This document shows positions 23,885 through 25,061 of a DNA stretch of 25,061 nucleotides, piece by piece. The translations under genes and the position numbers were made by a program. Position 1 is the stretch's first letter. Each line of letters begins with the position of its first letter. Below the pieces are notes generated by a model that was not told the DNA's origin, did no database searches, and worked only from the letters and a program-made list of their open reading frames with translations. The DNA is taken from NCBI GenBank assembly GCA_024275415.1, contig JAJRZD010000118.1, forward strand, positions 1 through 25,061, given 5' to 3'. This stretch comes from an archaeon. Lineage in GTDB: Archaea; Asgardarchaeota; Thorarchaeia; Thorarchaeales; Thorarchaeaceae.

Positions 23885-25061
23885 TCAATACTCCTCCTCG
23901 GGCACCTCTTTTTTGATAGCTCTGTATCCTGCAGTCTGAGCTCCCCACGTTGCCCATCCTGATGTTTCTGTTCGTATCTCATTGGCCAGACCGAAGGACT
24001 CTCTGACTGGTATCTCGGCGATGATCCTGTACAACATACGTTCTGAGTCAATCTCTAGGATGTTGCCTTTACGCCTAGACAGGATTGATGACAGGATACC
24101 AACATGTTCCTCGGGAGTGCTGATATCAAGCCTAATCCACGGCTCCATAAGGACTGGCTCCCCTGAAAGGATGCTTTCTCGTATCGCGGCCACCAATGGC
24201 TGTGTGATGGTTCTCCATGAGGTTTCAGGTGATTCATATCTGATCTGGGCTTCGTTGATGACGATAGTTGTGTTTCGCATCCGCTCATTGTATGTTGGAC
24301 TATTTCGGATAACAACCTTGAATGCCTCACGAACCCACTCGATTTCTTCACTCGTGGTACTTATCTTTCCAGTCGAGTCAACTAGATAACAATCAGAGTT
24401 CGCCATCTCATCGATAACCATTCCTATTTTAGAAACGTCACTTTCGCTAGACCTGATCGCCTGAACTGTGAACTTACTTGTTTGCTCATCTCCCACACCC
24501 GTGACTTTTCCATCCTTCATCATCTCTTCTTTGAGCACGACCATTGGTTTTCCAAGGTTTATGCTTACCCCAGTGCGTGCGAGCTTTTCCACTGTAATCT
24601 CAACGTGGAGCTCTCCTGCCCCAGAAAGAAGCATTTCTCCTGTTTCTTCATTTATCTCGAACTCCAATTGTGGATCTGACTTCACAAACTCCCTGATCGC
24701 CTGTTGGACATCGTTCAACTCGGCAAGCCTTTTTGGCTCAACTGCGTATGTCACTACTGGTTCTGTTGGATACTGAAGTCCCTTCATTGGTATCATGTCA
24801 CTATTGTCCAAGTCTACTAGTGTGTCCCCTGTCACAAGGTTTCTTATCTCTGTAACGAATGCAAGGTTTCCCGCTGGGATCTTGTCGTGTGGCACACGAG
24901 TCTTGGACATGAACAGACCAATCTGCAGAGTCTTTCCCTGACGCAAAGTTCTGAGATTGAATAGAGGTCTTCCCCGTTGCAGTGTTCCTGAAAATATCCG
25001 TACTGCTGCAACCTGCCCTGCATGTCTGTCTGGTTGGACATTTCCTACCAGCAATAACAGG
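23885..25061 (-). CDS. translation elongation factor 2 paralog (aEF-2p-like), domains II-V only; 5' part lies outside the window
   Basis: VRIFSGTL, EPVVTYAVEPK, DPQL.FEINEETGEMLLSGAGELHVEI, LMEP...I..PEEHVG.....LSRRKG, PVRESFG.ANEIR.ETSG.A.W. The frame is open to the window edge. The diphthamide HRG motif is absent. Confidence 0.88.
   Translation of the reverse strand, partial: LLLLVGNVQPDRHAGQVAAVRIFSGTLQRGRPLFNLRTLRQGKTLQIGLFMSKTRVPHDKIPAGNLAFVTEIRNLVTGDTLVDLDNSDMIPMKGLQYPTEPVVTYAVEPKRLAELNDVQQAIREFVKSDPQLEFEINEETGEMLLSGAGELHVEITVEKLARTGVSINLGKPMVVLKEEMMKDGKVTGVGDEQTSKFTVQAIRSSESDVSKIGMVIDEMANSDCYLVDSTGKISTTSEEIEWVREAFKVVIRNSPTYNERMRNTTIVINEAQIRYESPETSWRTITQPLVAAIRESILSGEPVLMEPWIRLDISTPEEHVGILSSILSRRKGNILEIDSERMLYRIIAEIPVRESFGLANEIRTETSGWATWGAQTAGYRAIKKEVPEEEY

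Noticed and set aside
23602-24051. 149-aa minus-strand ORF spanning the TPR/EF-2 junction
   Set aside because: Overlaps two well-supported genes in other frames; low-complexity composition.
1-25061. CRISPR arrays, tRNA/rRNA genes, IS elements, integrases
   Set aside because: No regularly spaced direct repeats, cloverleaf-like intergenic sequence, terminal inverted repeats or transposase/integrase motifs were seen by eye. All intergenic gaps are under about 230 nt. tRNAscan-SE and Infernal were not run.

Overview
Densely packed archaeal chromosomal segment, very probably from an Asgard archaeon. Two Rab-like GTPases, a Roadblock protein, a WD40 propeller and an EF-2 paralog lacking the diphthamide motif point there; a Thorarchaeia-like origin is only an inference. 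Contents in order: Fe3+/thiamine/polyamine-type ABC permease (5' truncated) and ATPase; archaeosine tRNA-guanine transglycosylase; hflX; a tightly coupled metF - mtrH-like - soluble mtrA - mtrH - methanogenesis marker 14 - cofE-like cluster; larC; a PolB2 plus small partner operon; a block of Rab, hypothetical, WD40, Rab, Roadblock, Trx/KaiB-like, KaiC-like, KaiC-like and TPR-solenoid genes; and the 3' part of an EF-2 paralog. Two candidate undescribed systems stand out. (1) A membrane-free corrinoid methyl shuttle: two pterin-binding MtrH paralogs, an MtrA whose membrane anchor is replaced by MtrB-like hairpin motifs, MetF, an ASKHA-fold marker-14 protein and a CofE-family ligase. (2) A 'proto-KaiBC' operon: a CxxC thioredoxin with KaiB-like sequence, translationally coupled to a CI-like KaiC and followed by a second KaiC with Ser at the S431-equivalent site. 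Several ORF-track starts were corrected using Shine-Dalgarno spacing. No tRNA, rRNA, CRISPR array or mobile element was seen. All family assignments are from motif recognition, with reference sequences recalled from memory; no database search was run.
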